Below, piece after piece: positions 26,986 to 35,581 of a stretch of 64,000 nt of DNA. A program made the position numbers and the translations under genes. Within the stretch, counting starts at the first letter, position 1. Each line of letters begins with the position of its first letter. The stretch spans positions 4,531 to 68,530 of the forward strand of contig JAFSMU010000009.1 of the NCBI GenBank assembly GCA_017447775.1. The letters run 5' to 3'. The notes under the pieces were generated by a model. The model had not been told where the DNA came from, ran no database searches, and saw only the letters and a program-made list of their open reading frames with translations. Source of the stretch: Clostridia bacterium (GTDB taxonomy: Bacteria; Bacillota; Clostridia; Oscillospirales; CAG-272).

Positions 26986-28433
26986 AAAAAGCGAATGACG
27001 TTAAGATCAACATAAAGCCGATATTCTCAAACAGGACGCACACAGCCGTTTGGGAGGGGCCGTGCCGCGTTGGCGATCCGAATTATCTTTCGCCCGAATA
27101 CGAAAAGCGCACAGGACGCGAGCAGTGCAAAATTTGGTATAATCAACTTAAAGAAAATATAGATCCCGAATACGCAAACGTTCTGGAGTCGGTTTATATC
27201 GAGTTTATCGAAAATTTCTACGTTTCCGACGAACAGCTTGATCAGCTTAAACCCGACCTTGAAGACACCGATATTTTCCTTATGACGTACCGCGTGCCGG
27301 GACTTGAACGGCTCGATAAGCCGATGTCGATGATAAACCGCGGCCCGACTCCGATAGACCTCGGCGCGTATTATGCCGATATCGGAAAGGAGTTCTATTT
27401 CGGCTACGATTTTGAGGAATACAACGAAATATTGAAGCTTTTGCGCGTCCGCAAGGCGATAAGAAATACAAAGCTGCTCGTGCTGACGACAGGCGAGCAA
27501 ACGCCTGTTTCGGTCGTATCGTCAAACCCCGATCTGTTCGGGCTGAATCTGAAATACGGCATCCGCTCGGCGCGCCGCTCGATGAAGGATGTGTTCGGCG
27601 TTATGGATAAGATTGGCGCCGACGAGGAGCTTTCAAAAAAAGCCGATGAGCTTATTTCAAACGCGGGCCACGTCAGCGTTTCAAAAGAATATATGATGCG
27701 CGACCTGCTCTACTACAAGGCTGTCAAAGCAATGATGGAGGAGCTTGGCTGCAACGCGTTTACAACGGCTTGCATGGAGCTTTGCGCGACGCAGCTCCCG
27801 ATGAAATACAAATGCACGCCATGTCTTACGCACTCGATTCTCAAAGACAGCGGGATACCGACGGCGTGCGAGGAGGACATCAACGCGTGGATGGCGGTGA
27901 TGGTGCTGATGTATCTGTCGAAAAAATCGGTGTTTATGGGCAATGCATCGCTTGTAAAGCCTCACAAGCGCCCGCTCGATGATCTGCACGTGTCAGAGCT
28001 TGTATCCGGCCCCGCCGAGGGATTTGACGAGTACGCGCTTGAGGTGCGCCACTCTGTTCCCGGACTTAAAATGAACGGCCTTTCATCCGACAATATGGAG
28101 TACGACGTCGGGCAGTTCACGTTTGAGGGATGGGGAACGAAGCTTCAGGTCAATATGGCAAATAACGACGAAAAGACGGTCACTATCGCGCGTTTTTCGC
28201 GCGACGGCTCGTCGATGATGGTGGCGCGCGGCAAGGTTCTCGGGTGTGCGTACCACAAATACGGCTGCTCTCCCGACGTTTATTACAGCGTTGAGGGCGG
28301 CGCGTGGGAGTTTGTTCACGCGCTTGCGGAAGGCGGTTACGGTCATCACCTCGTCGTTGTGTACGGCGACTATACGGATGAGCTGAAGCGGCTCGGGAAA
28401 ATAGTCGGATTTGACGTAAAGCAGCACAAATAA
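26982..28433 (+). CDS. Cys-rich protein resembling L-fucose/L-arabinose isomerase, paralogue B
   Basis: Also exactly 483 aa and collinear with paralogue A (roughly 70% identity by eye). The same Cys motif is conserved. ATGA overlap with paralogue A. Confidence 0.5.
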   Translation: MKKANDVKINIKPIFSNRTHTAVWEGPCRVGDPNYLSPEYEKRTGREQCKIWYNQLKENIDPEYANVLESVYIEFIENFYVSDEQLDQLKPDLEDTDIFLMTYRVPGLERLDKPMSMINRGPTPIDLGAYYADIGKEFYFGYDFEEYNEILKLLRVRKAIRNTKLLVLTTGEQTPVSVVSSNPDLFGLNLKYGIRSARRSMKDVFGVMDKIGADEELSKKADELISNAGHVSVSKEYMMRDLLYYKAVKAMMEELGCNAFTTACMELCATQLPMKYKCTPCLTHSILKDSGIPTACEEDINAWMAVMVLMYLSKKSVFMGNASLVKPHKRPLDDLHVSELVSGPAEGFDEYALEVRHSVPGLKMNGLSSDNMEYDVGQFTFEGWGTKLQVNMANNDEKTVTIARFSRDGSSMMVARGKVLGCAYHKYGCSPDVYYSVEGGAWEFVHALAEGGYGHHLVVVYGDYTDELKRLGKIVGFDVKQHK

Positions 28434-28447
28434 TATATTTTTGCAAC

Positions 28448-28475
28448 AAAAAAACCGCCATTGGCGGTTTTTTTA
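28448..28475. terminator. Bidirectional terminator
   Basis: AAAAAAACCGCC-ATTG-GCGGTTTTTTT, between convergent operons. Confidence 0.85.
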
Positions 28476-30761
28476 TTTTAGTTTCTTTTCGTTTGAAAGG
28501 AATCCTATGTAGTCCGTAAGAGCAAGCGGCTTTGAGTAGTAATACCCTTGCACGACCTGGCACCCGAGCTTTCGGAGAAGATCGACTTGTTCCTGAGTTT
28601 CAACGCCCTCCTGAGTTACCTTCATGTGAAGGTCGCGCGCAAGGGATATAATGCTTGAAAGTATCTTCATGTCGCGATCGTGCGAATAGCCGTCCTTGAT
28701 AAAGAATCGGTCAAGCTTGATCTCGTCCATCGGCAATTCCTTCAATATATTATATGACGAAAAACCGGAGCCGAAGTCGTCGATCGAGCATTTGAACCCG
28801 TTTTTGTGAAGCTCATTTACGATGCTGCGAAGCATATCGTAGTCTTCATACGCAAAGCTCTCCGTAAACTCTATCGTGATAAATCCGTCGGCTATGTTGT
28901 ACTGATGTTTCATATCCGTATAGAACTTTACAAAATCCTTTTCCGACGCCGTAATACGCGACGCATTGACAGAAATAGGATAAAGCGGAAGCCCGTTAAT
29001 AACGGCGTCCTGAATATACAGGCACGTCTGCTCGAAAACGTAATGGTCGAGCTTTATAATGAAGCGGTTCGCCTCAAATAGCGGAAGGAACACATCAGGC
29101 TGCATATACTCGTCGCGGCTCGGATTATACCAGCGCACAAGCGCCTCGCAACCGTCTGGACGGTCCTCCGCGATGTTGTATTTTGCTTGGTAGAATACCT
29201 TGAAATCGTGATTTTGAAGCGCGCTTTCCATGTGCGTTTCGATATAATCGTTTTGGATATTGCTTGCATAAAGCGTTTCGTTGTATATTCTGAACGATCC
29301 GAAGTCGCACGGGAATTTCGTTGCGTTTTCCGCGTTTATCGCAAGGTCGATCATCTTTGTTACCGTATCCGCAATTTTACGGTCGGTGGTGTAGATACCG
29401 CCTTGAAGCACGAGCGAAAAGCTGTCGGTAAACTGCGAGCTGTGCTGTGTTGCAAGCGCGACGACGGGAAGAAGTCTGTCCGCAAGGTCGCCGACCTGAC
29501 GGTAATGGAGAAGCAACGCAAATCTGCCGTTTTCAATATAACCGAGCGATTCGTCAAGACCGAGAATGCCGTTGTAAAGAACTTTTAAGTGGCGCACGAT
29601 GTTCAGCATCGTTTCCGTGCCGATCTGCTCTAAAATATAGTCGTAGTGGTTTATGTCGATAACAACGATGGCAAACGACGTCGCCTTGTTTCTCGAAATT
29701 ATTTCGATAGCCACGCGCTCGAATTTCGACCTTGAATAGCACCCGACGGCTTTGTTTACGTCGTTCATCGTCGAAAGAAGTTTTCTGTTGTTGCGTCTTT
29801 CAATGATTCCGTAAATGCCGAGCGCAAGCGCAAGAGCGAAGAATACGAAGAACTCACCGAGGATGACTCTCATCACGTCGTAGCCCGTTTTGTAGATCTC
29901 CTCAGCCATGTAGTAGCCGACAGCCGAGAATATCGCATTGCCGTTTTCTCTCACTCCGCAAACGGAGATAATGCACTTGTCGCCGGCAACGTCAACGGTG
30001 TATTTTTCCGACGTTCCCGCCTCAACGTTTACGCGGAAGCCGTCGAGGATGTTTTTGTCGTTAATCTCATTTCTGAGGATCTCATAGATGTTTCCGTGCT
30101 GCTGTACGTCAACGTTTTCGTCGCGGTAAAGAACCCTTACGATCTCTCCCTGCGCGGCGCAGAAAGCGACGAAGCGCGAGTTTTCGTAATTTTCCGTCGT
30201 GTATGACGCCGAATACGTAACGACACTTGTCACGGGATAACACACCACAAGCATATCGGCGTAGTCAAATCCGTCGATCGGCACGCAGAACGCAACGGTG
30301 CTCAAATTATACTGTCTGTCCGCAATAACGCCGGCGCACGAAAGAGTGCGAAGTTCAGCAGTTTTTTTGACGGCGGGCGCTTCCATTTCGGATTCAAAAA
30401 CCTGCCCCGACACGTCATATTCTTTGTCGTTGTTGAAAAATCTGACGAACATCACATCTCCGAACCGTTCATCCTTTGACAGTCGGTGAAGGCGCGTTGC
30501 AAAGTCGATATCGCTTTCATATTCCATACCGGCGACGGTGTCGGCAAGGCTTTTTGCCTTCATTTTGAACGCGTCGATACTGCTTTTAAGGTTATTTGCC
30601 GCGCCCTCGACAAAGCTAAGCGCAACCTCGCCCGATTCGCGTTCTATCGTTCCCGAATAGTTTGAAAGCATAGCAAAACTGCTGCCTATCATAAGTACGC
30701 AGACAAGACACATTATTATAAGAAAATACCCGCGGGACTTTCCCGAAGATTTCTTTTTCAT
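28473..30761 (-). CDS. Membrane sensor with degenerate GGDEF and intact EAL domain (c-di-GMP phosphodiesterase)
   Basis: Two TM segments flank a roughly 270-aa extracytoplasmic domain. The GGDEF position reads ENGRF. EAL motifs are intact: CEALVRW, IEFTES, SIDDFGSGFSS, KLDRFFI, EGVETQEQ, QGYYYSKP. Confidence 0.85.
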   Translation of the reverse strand: MKKKSSGKSRGYFLIIMCLVCVLMIGSSFAMLSNYSGTIERESGEVALSFVEGAANNLKSSIDAFKMKAKSLADTVAGMEYESDIDFATRLHRLSKDERFGDVMFVRFFNNDKEYDVSGQVFESEMEAPAVKKTAELRTLSCAGVIADRQYNLSTVAFCVPIDGFDYADMLVVCYPVTSVVTYSASYTTENYENSRFVAFCAAQGEIVRVLYRDENVDVQQHGNIYEILRNEINDKNILDGFRVNVEAGTSEKYTVDVAGDKCIISVCGVRENGNAIFSAVGYYMAEEIYKTGYDVMRVILGEFFVFFALALALGIYGIIERRNNRKLLSTMNDVNKAVGCYSRSKFERVAIEIISRNKATSFAIVVIDINHYDYILEQIGTETMLNIVRHLKVLYNGILGLDESLGYIENGRFALLLHYRQVGDLADRLLPVVALATQHSSQFTDSFSLVLQGGIYTTDRKIADTVTKMIDLAINAENATKFPCDFGSFRIYNETLYASNIQNDYIETHMESALQNHDFKVFYQAKYNIAEDRPDGCEALVRWYNPSRDEYMQPDVFLPLFEANRFIIKLDHYVFEQTCLYIQDAVINGLPLYPISVNASRITASEKDFVKFYTDMKHQYNIADGFITIEFTESFAYEDYDMLRSIVNELHKNGFKCSIDDFGSGFSSYNILKELPMDEIKLDRFFIKDGYSHDRDMKILSSIISLARDLHMKVTQEGVETQEQVDLLRKLGCQVVQGYYYSKPLALTDYIGFLSNEKKLK

Positions 30762-30786
30762 GCTTTGCCCCTTTTAAGCCGATATT

Positions 30787-31023
30787 TTATTTTTTGCCCT
30801 CAAGCTCCTCAAGCTGCTGAACAAGACGGTGAAGATTTGCTCTTTCTTCTTCTATCTGGGCGGTAAACTGGTTGAAGAAGTCAACGTCCCTGTCGTCAGG
30901 CTCGGTATGGCGAAGGATCGCCTCGACGAGAGCCGCCTGGGATCTTGTGCGCTTCTGTTCGATTTCAGCGATACGTTCTTTGCTCTGATTTATCGCTTTT
31001 TTAAGTTTCATTTTTTCAAACAT
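30787..31023 (-). CDS. 78-aa coiled-coil protein (hypothetical)
   Basis: Heptad-rich, charged sequence. Lies 17 nt after the upstream gene and 25 nt before the phosphodiesterase gene. Confidence 0.6.
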   Translation of the reverse strand: MFEKMKLKKAINQSKERIAEIEQKRTRSQAALVEAILRHTEPDDRDVDFFNQFTAQIEEERANLHRLVQQLEELEGKK

Positions 31024-31040
31024 GATCTTCCCGTCCTCAA

Positions 31041-31733
31041 TTATTGATTTTCATTTGGTTTATTCTGTTCATCGTGTTCGGCTTCGTCCGCGTTTTTCGC
31101 GGCGTTTTCGGCTTTAAGCCTTTCGACCTCTTCACGAATACGCTCGTCGATCTGTTCGCGGTGGCGCCGCTCGATCTCCTCTGTGCGCGCTTTGTTCGCT
31201 TTGATTATGTCAGGCACGTAAATAATCATTATTATAACGAAAATCACCGTAACGGTTATCAGTATTCCTATTCCGGAGAACAAAAATCTGCCGATCGCCG
31301 TCATTACCGGGAGGTTTTTTTCGTAAACGCCGACGACGTTTTCCGCTTTTGCGGTGTATTCGTCTTTTGCGATATTTGCGATGCCCTTTGTAACGAATTC
31401 CTCGTTGTCGCCGATTATTGCTTCAACTCTGTGAGTGTTGAACGCGCCGCCGATGCTCGGATCGTCCGATTTGAACATGATCACGTCACCGACTTTGATC
31501 TTTGAAACGTCAGCCTTTCTGACAAGTATATAGCTTTGCGCCGGTATCTGCGGCTCCATACTCGGAGTCATGACCCACGCCGTCGTTCTGTCAAAAATGA
31601 ATACCGTGTGGTTTGTCATTTTCGAGTACAAAACGACAAGCAACAGCGCGATTATCAGAAAAATCACAATGTAGCCGATCACCTCGGCAACCCTGCGGCG
31701 ACGTTTTTGTGTATTATTCGATTGTTTGCTCAT
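31041..31733 (-). CDS. ER-type (SipW/Sec11-like) signal peptidase I, copy 2, with charged cytoplasmic tail
   Basis: N-terminal TM, then MTPSMEP (catalytic Ser), NTHRV (His), TKGIANIAKDE, a C-terminal TM and a roughly 50-aa Glu/Arg-rich tail. Overlaps the upstream gene by 20 nt. Confidence 0.75.
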   Translation of the reverse strand: MSKQSNNTQKRRRRVAEVIGYIVIFLIIALLLVVLYSKMTNHTVFIFDRTTAWVMTPSMEPQIPAQSYILVRKADVSKIKVGDVIMFKSDDPSIGGAFNTHRVEAIIGDNEEFVTKGIANIAKDEYTAKAENVVGVYEKNLPVMTAIGRFLFSGIGILITVTVIFVIIMIIYVPDIIKANKARTEEIERRHREQIDERIREEVERLKAENAAKNADEAEHDEQNKPNENQ

Positions 31734-33024
31734 CTTCTGTCACATCTCCGCTTGCATTGTCGTTTTCGTCGTTTTCAGGCTCCGGCTCGGGTTCCGGTTC
31801 CGGAATATGTCCGCCGTCGTAGATGAATTCCTCGCCGTTGCCCCTTATCGTATCAGACGCATCGAGCGCGACGTCGATAGATTCGAGAAGGAGCATATCC
31901 TCGGGAGTCAGCGTTGCGTAGCGCGTCTGCGCCGGAGCTGCCGATACCCGCTCGGGCGGCGGATCTTTAAGATCGTATTCGCTTGCGGAAATATCTTTAA
32001 TCTCGTCTATGATCCTCGGTTTCAGCTCGCTCGAAGAAAGCTCGCTTGCAAGCGTGTTTTCCGCGTCAAATTCGTTGTGAATGTTATAGCGGAAAATCAT
32101 ATATTGAAGCGCAAGCGTCGAATACAACTCTTTTACGTAGTTGTCGTCGACGTTTTCAAGGTCTTCCTGCACAAGCATACTGTACCCTGCGCTGTCATAA
32201 CTTTCAATGAACTGCCAAAGCGTCAAGCACTGACGAAGGTTTTTGTTTTTCAGTATCGCGTTTGTACGCATTACGGGAGGTCTTATAAATGCGTGCCCCA
32301 TCTCGCGTACAAACTCGGAATTTGCGTAGTTTGTAACGATGTCGTTCAGTCGCTCGACTCTGTGCCACAGGTCCGTCGTGTACGAATAGTTGCGCTCCAC
32401 GCGGTCGTCGACGCCGCTTGACGGCTCGGCGATTTCAAGGCGGAAGTTCATTTTGACTTTGACTGAATTGTGGTCAAAATCGTCTTTGAACTCTATGCTC
32501 GTCGTCTTTTCGTCCTGCCCTGCGTTTTTTGCGATCTCGTATCTTCTGTTTACGAAAGCGTAAAGTCTGTTTATCAGCGTATTTACGAATTTGTTTTCAT
32601 ACGTAAGCAGCGTTTCGTCGCGGTAGACGTTGAGCAGCTTTGACGGAATTATCATATCGCCGTCGATGCGGGAGATGTAGTTGGTATGCTGGGAGAGATG
32701 TTGAAGCGTTCTTACCGTCACCTTACGGGAAAGCTCGACGGGAACGACCTCCTCTTTTTCCTCGATAAACTTCGACGGGTTGCGGATTATCACGTCGAGC
32801 GCCGGGAGCGTATCCTCGATGATGTTTACCCACGTTTCGTCTATTGCGCGAAGCAGAAAACGCTTGCGAAGCTCGATGGTGGCGTCGCCCTGGCGCATTT
32901 TGTCAAGGATCGTCGGGAATATGTTGTACTCTTGAATGATGCTGTCGATAAAATATATCGAGTCATCATAAACAGAGCGGAACATATTGTCATTTTTGCG
33001 TGGTGTGCCGTTTTGCTGATCCAT
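31714..33024 (-). CDS. McrC-N-terminal/DUF2357-like partner protein without a recognisable nuclease domain; acidic PE-repeat tail
   Basis: Start moved to ATG 33024 (GGAGG 8 nt upstream). LTYENKFVNTLINRLY and LRQCLTLWQFIE resemble the helical DUF2357/McrC core as I recall it. No PD-(D/E)xK pattern was seen. The tail reads PEPEPEPEPENDENDN. Confidence 0.45.
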   Translation of the reverse strand: MDQQNGTPRKNDNMFRSVYDDSIYFIDSIIQEYNIFPTILDKMRQGDATIELRKRFLLRAIDETWVNIIEDTLPALDVIIRNPSKFIEEKEEVVPVELSRKVTVRTLQHLSQHTNYISRIDGDMIIPSKLLNVYRDETLLTYENKFVNTLINRLYAFVNRRYEIAKNAGQDEKTTSIEFKDDFDHNSVKVKMNFRLEIAEPSSGVDDRVERNYSYTTDLWHRVERLNDIVTNYANSEFVREMGHAFIRPPVMRTNAILKNKNLRQCLTLWQFIESYDSAGYSMLVQEDLENVDDNYVKELYSTLALQYMIFRYNIHNEFDAENTLASELSSSELKPRIIDEIKDISASEYDLKDPPPERVSAAPAQTRYATLTPEDMLLLESIDVALDASDTIRGNGEEFIYDGGHIPEPEPEPEPENDENDNASGDVTEDEQTIE

Positions 33025-33037
33025 CTGCGGCACCTCC

Positions 33038-34624
33038 TTAATACGTCATCTTCTGCAAACGCTGCAAGTATTCGATGCACTCGCGCATTTCGCCCTTGCC
33101 GAACAGCTTATCCATATACATTATAAGTCCTCTTATCTCGTCGCGGATGAGCGAAAGGTTGAGTCCTTCAAACTTTCTGAACACCTTTGTCGCAAGGATA
33201 TAATCTATACCTTCGATAGCCGTACCGCCGCACGCGACGTAAACGGGAACGAATACTTTAAGCTGCTTCATAATACGGTTACCGAAAGCAACTCTGAACT
33301 TCTCGATAACGTAAAGGTCGAGCATACCGATCTTTCCGAGCAGGTCGTCGTCAACGGGATGTTCCTTTACTGCCTTTGCATAAAGCTCTTCGACGTATGA
33401 GTAGCTTATGTTCTTCGGCGCCGTGTCTGGCGCGTCAAACGGGACACCCTTTGAATCGAGGTTGATGACAAGCGCACGGTCGTAAACCTTGTCGGAAACG
33501 GCAAACGTCGAGTCGTCGTTGTTGGCGGTACCGATGTACCATACGTTCTGCGGTATCTGAAGCTTACCGTCGCGAAGGTGGATCGGGTCGCCCGGCCATG
33601 CAGACGGAACAAGCTCTATTTTCCACTCGCTCGGGTTCGGCATTTCAAGGATCGAAAGCATCTCCGCGAAGTAATACTCGACGCGGGCAATGTTCATCTC
33701 ATCGAGGATGATGATGTTGATGTCATCGTTGAATGACGCCTCGTAAATACGTTTCAGCACTTCCGTTTCGTTGAATTTCTTTGTAAATTCGTTGAAGAAG
33801 CCGAACAGCTCAGTGCGATCTCTCCACGACGGCTGAACCGACGCTATCGTCGAGTCTACCTGGAAGTACTTGCCGAGCATATACGGAAGCGACGTTTTAC
33901 CTGTACCTGATATACCTTGAAGCAGTATAAGCTTTGTTGAAGCGAGTCCGGCGATCATAAGGCGTATCGTCTTGATTTCATAATACAGTTTACTTCTCGA
34001 ACAAGCGAAGTTGCGTATATCGTCGCACATCTGTTCAAGCGTGAACGTGCGGTCATAGACAGGCGGCACGTAGTATGTGTATTTTTCGTCCACAGCGGAC
34101 AGACGGTAGAAACGCTTTGCGTTGGAATCCACCGTGATCTCTTTCTTTTCCCCGCTATCAGCCGACGCGGCAACGGCAGGCTGAGACGCAGCTGCGGGCA
34201 CGCCCTCTTTTTCGCCGAAGAACTGGCGAAGCTCCTCGTAAGTAACGCCCGAAGGATCGAACTTGTATGCCATGATCCTTTCCTTCTCAGCCGTAAGACG
34301 AATAACGTCGCGGTGAAGGTCAGCTATCTCTTCAAGCATATCCTCGTTTCCGACAAGCGTCTTTCTGAAACGGATGTACTTTCTGATGCCTATCACTATC
34401 AGGAAAATAATACTTGCAATTATAGCATAAGTAAGTATAACCGTCAGGATACACAATATCCACGCAAGGACGTTGAAGTCGCCCTTGTAGCGAGAGAGCT
34501 GGTCAAATAGGACCGGAAAGTTGAAAAACTGAAATATTGCGTTGAATATGCCTTTAAGCCCCTCCCAGAGTCCTGAAAGGATGGTAGTCATAAAGGCAAA
34601 AAACCAATTCATAAATGCATCCAT
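33038..34624 (-). CDS. Membrane-anchored McrB-like AAA+ (AAA_5) GTPase
   Basis: Hydrophobic N-terminus (aa ~5-22 and ~51-80) followed by a coiled coil. Walker A LLQGISGTGKTS (aa 234-245), Walker B IIILDEMN, McrB-type NIARVEYYFAEMLSILE, IGTANNDDS (NxxD) and YDRA. Confidence 0.78.
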   Translation of the reverse strand: MDAFMNWFFAFMTTILSGLWEGLKGIFNAIFQFFNFPVLFDQLSRYKGDFNVLAWILCILTVILTYAIIASIIFLIVIGIRKYIRFRKTLVGNEDMLEEIADLHRDVIRLTAEKERIMAYKFDPSGVTYEELRQFFGEKEGVPAAASQPAVAASADSGEKKEITVDSNAKRFYRLSAVDEKYTYYVPPVYDRTFTLEQMCDDIRNFACSRSKLYYEIKTIRLMIAGLASTKLILLQGISGTGKTSLPYMLGKYFQVDSTIASVQPSWRDRTELFGFFNEFTKKFNETEVLKRIYEASFNDDINIIILDEMNIARVEYYFAEMLSILEMPNPSEWKIELVPSAWPGDPIHLRDGKLQIPQNVWYIGTANNDDSTFAVSDKVYDRALVINLDSKGVPFDAPDTAPKNISYSYVEELYAKAVKEHPVDDDLLGKIGMLDLYVIEKFRVAFGNRIMKQLKVFVPVYVACGGTAIEGIDYILATKVFRKFEGLNLSLIRDEIRGLIMYMDKLFGKGEMRECIEYLQRLQKMTY

Positions 34625-34657
34625 TTTTTATTCCCTGCTATCAAAATGTTATAGTAT

Positions 34658-34686
34658 GCCGTTATGCGCCGACAGCGCATAACGGC
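34658..34686 (-). other. Perfect 12-bp intergenic stem-loop between sipW copy 1 and the McrB-like gene
   Basis: GCCGTTATGCGC / loop CGACA / GCGCATAACGGC. No U-tract on either strand. Possibly an RNA processing or stability element. Confidence 0.45.
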
Positions 34687-34701
34687 TGATTTCAAAAATG
34701 A

Positions 34702-35487
34702 TTATTCCTCGGTCGTTTTCGTTTGCTCTTCCCCGGTCGTTTCCGCGGGAGCTTCCGCTTCTTTTTCTGTTTTTGGCTCTTCGTTGTCTTCGCCGCTCTG
34801 AGCTTTTTGCGAGCGGATGTATTCCTCAATGGCTTTCTGTTTGATAAGCTCTTCGTCTTCCGCCGTTATCTGCTTCTTGCCCGCGTTCTTGACTTCCATG
34901 ATCTTACGCACGAACATAATGATCTCAAACAGGAAGAATATTATCAGCGGTATAACGATAACCACAAAGAATCCCGTAGGTGTAAGGAGGAATTTGATAA
35001 CGCTTCCGAGCACGGGGATGCGCGTGTCCTTTGCGGGATCGAAAATGCTTATAACGTCGGCGGCGCTTATCGTGTATGTGTCCGCAATGGCGTTGTTATC
35101 GCCTTTTGTTCTGTATGTAACAGAGCTGCCGGAGCCGATAACCTCGGAAATTCTGTGAGTGTTCACCTCAGGAGTTCCGTCACCGTCAAGGTCAACTTTG
35201 AACGTGATAATGTCGTCTACTTTAAGCGAGGTCTTTTCCTCATCGGCAAGCTTGCGGCTGAAAATAATGTCGCCTTCCTTTATGGTCGGGGACATTGAAT
35301 TGGAAAGCACCGGGCTCATTACCTTTCCGCCTATCGTCGGAACGCCGTCAGCGCTTGACTGCGCGGAAAAAGCAAAGATCGTAATCACTACCGCAAAAGC
35401 GATGAAGAGCCACATCAGAACGTTGCCGATGATCCCCCATACTTTCTTTGCTTTGCTTGTCGTTTTCACTGTTGACTGGTTATCCAT
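34702..35487 (-). CDS. sipW: ER-type signal peptidase I (SipW-like), copy 1, with charged cytoplasmic tail
   Basis: Contains SNSMSPTIKEGD (Ser), NTHRI (His), TKGDNNAIAD, a C-terminal TM and a roughly 70-aa Glu/Lys-rich tail. SD is GAGAGGA. Confidence 0.85.
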   Translation of the reverse strand: MDNQSTVKTTSKAKKVWGIIGNVLMWLFIAFAVVITIFAFSAQSSADGVPTIGGKVMSPVLSNSMSPTIKEGDIIFSRKLADEEKTSLKVDDIITFKVDLDGDGTPEVNTHRISEVIGSGSSVTYRTKGDNNAIADTYTISAADVISIFDPAKDTRIPVLGSVIKFLLTPTGFFVVIVIPLIIFFLFEIIMFVRKIMEVKNAGKKQITAEDEELIKQKAIEEYIRSQKAQSGEDNEEPKTEKEAEAPAETTGEEQTKTTEE

Positions 35488-35581
35488 TTATTTTTCCTCT
35501 CTTTCAAATGGCTGTGCGACCGTTTGGATTTTTTCCGAACCTGATAATTACACTTCCGGAGTATATATTTTGCTAAATAAT

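Noticed and set aside
31775-31805. The PEPEPEPE-coding stretch and the poly-Asp run (around 45030-45050) as DNA-level repeats.
   Set aside because: The nucleotide units are imperfect. These are short low-complexity protein segments rather than discrete repeat elements, so they are only noted within the CDS descriptions.
31714-34624. Calling the McrB-like/partner pair a standard McrBC (type IV) restriction system.
   Set aside because: I saw no nuclease motif in the partner and no DNA-reader domain in the GTPase, whose N-terminus is hydrophobic and membrane-like. The pair is embedded in an operon between two signal peptidases. It is reported as a divergent derivative instead. A defence role is not excluded.
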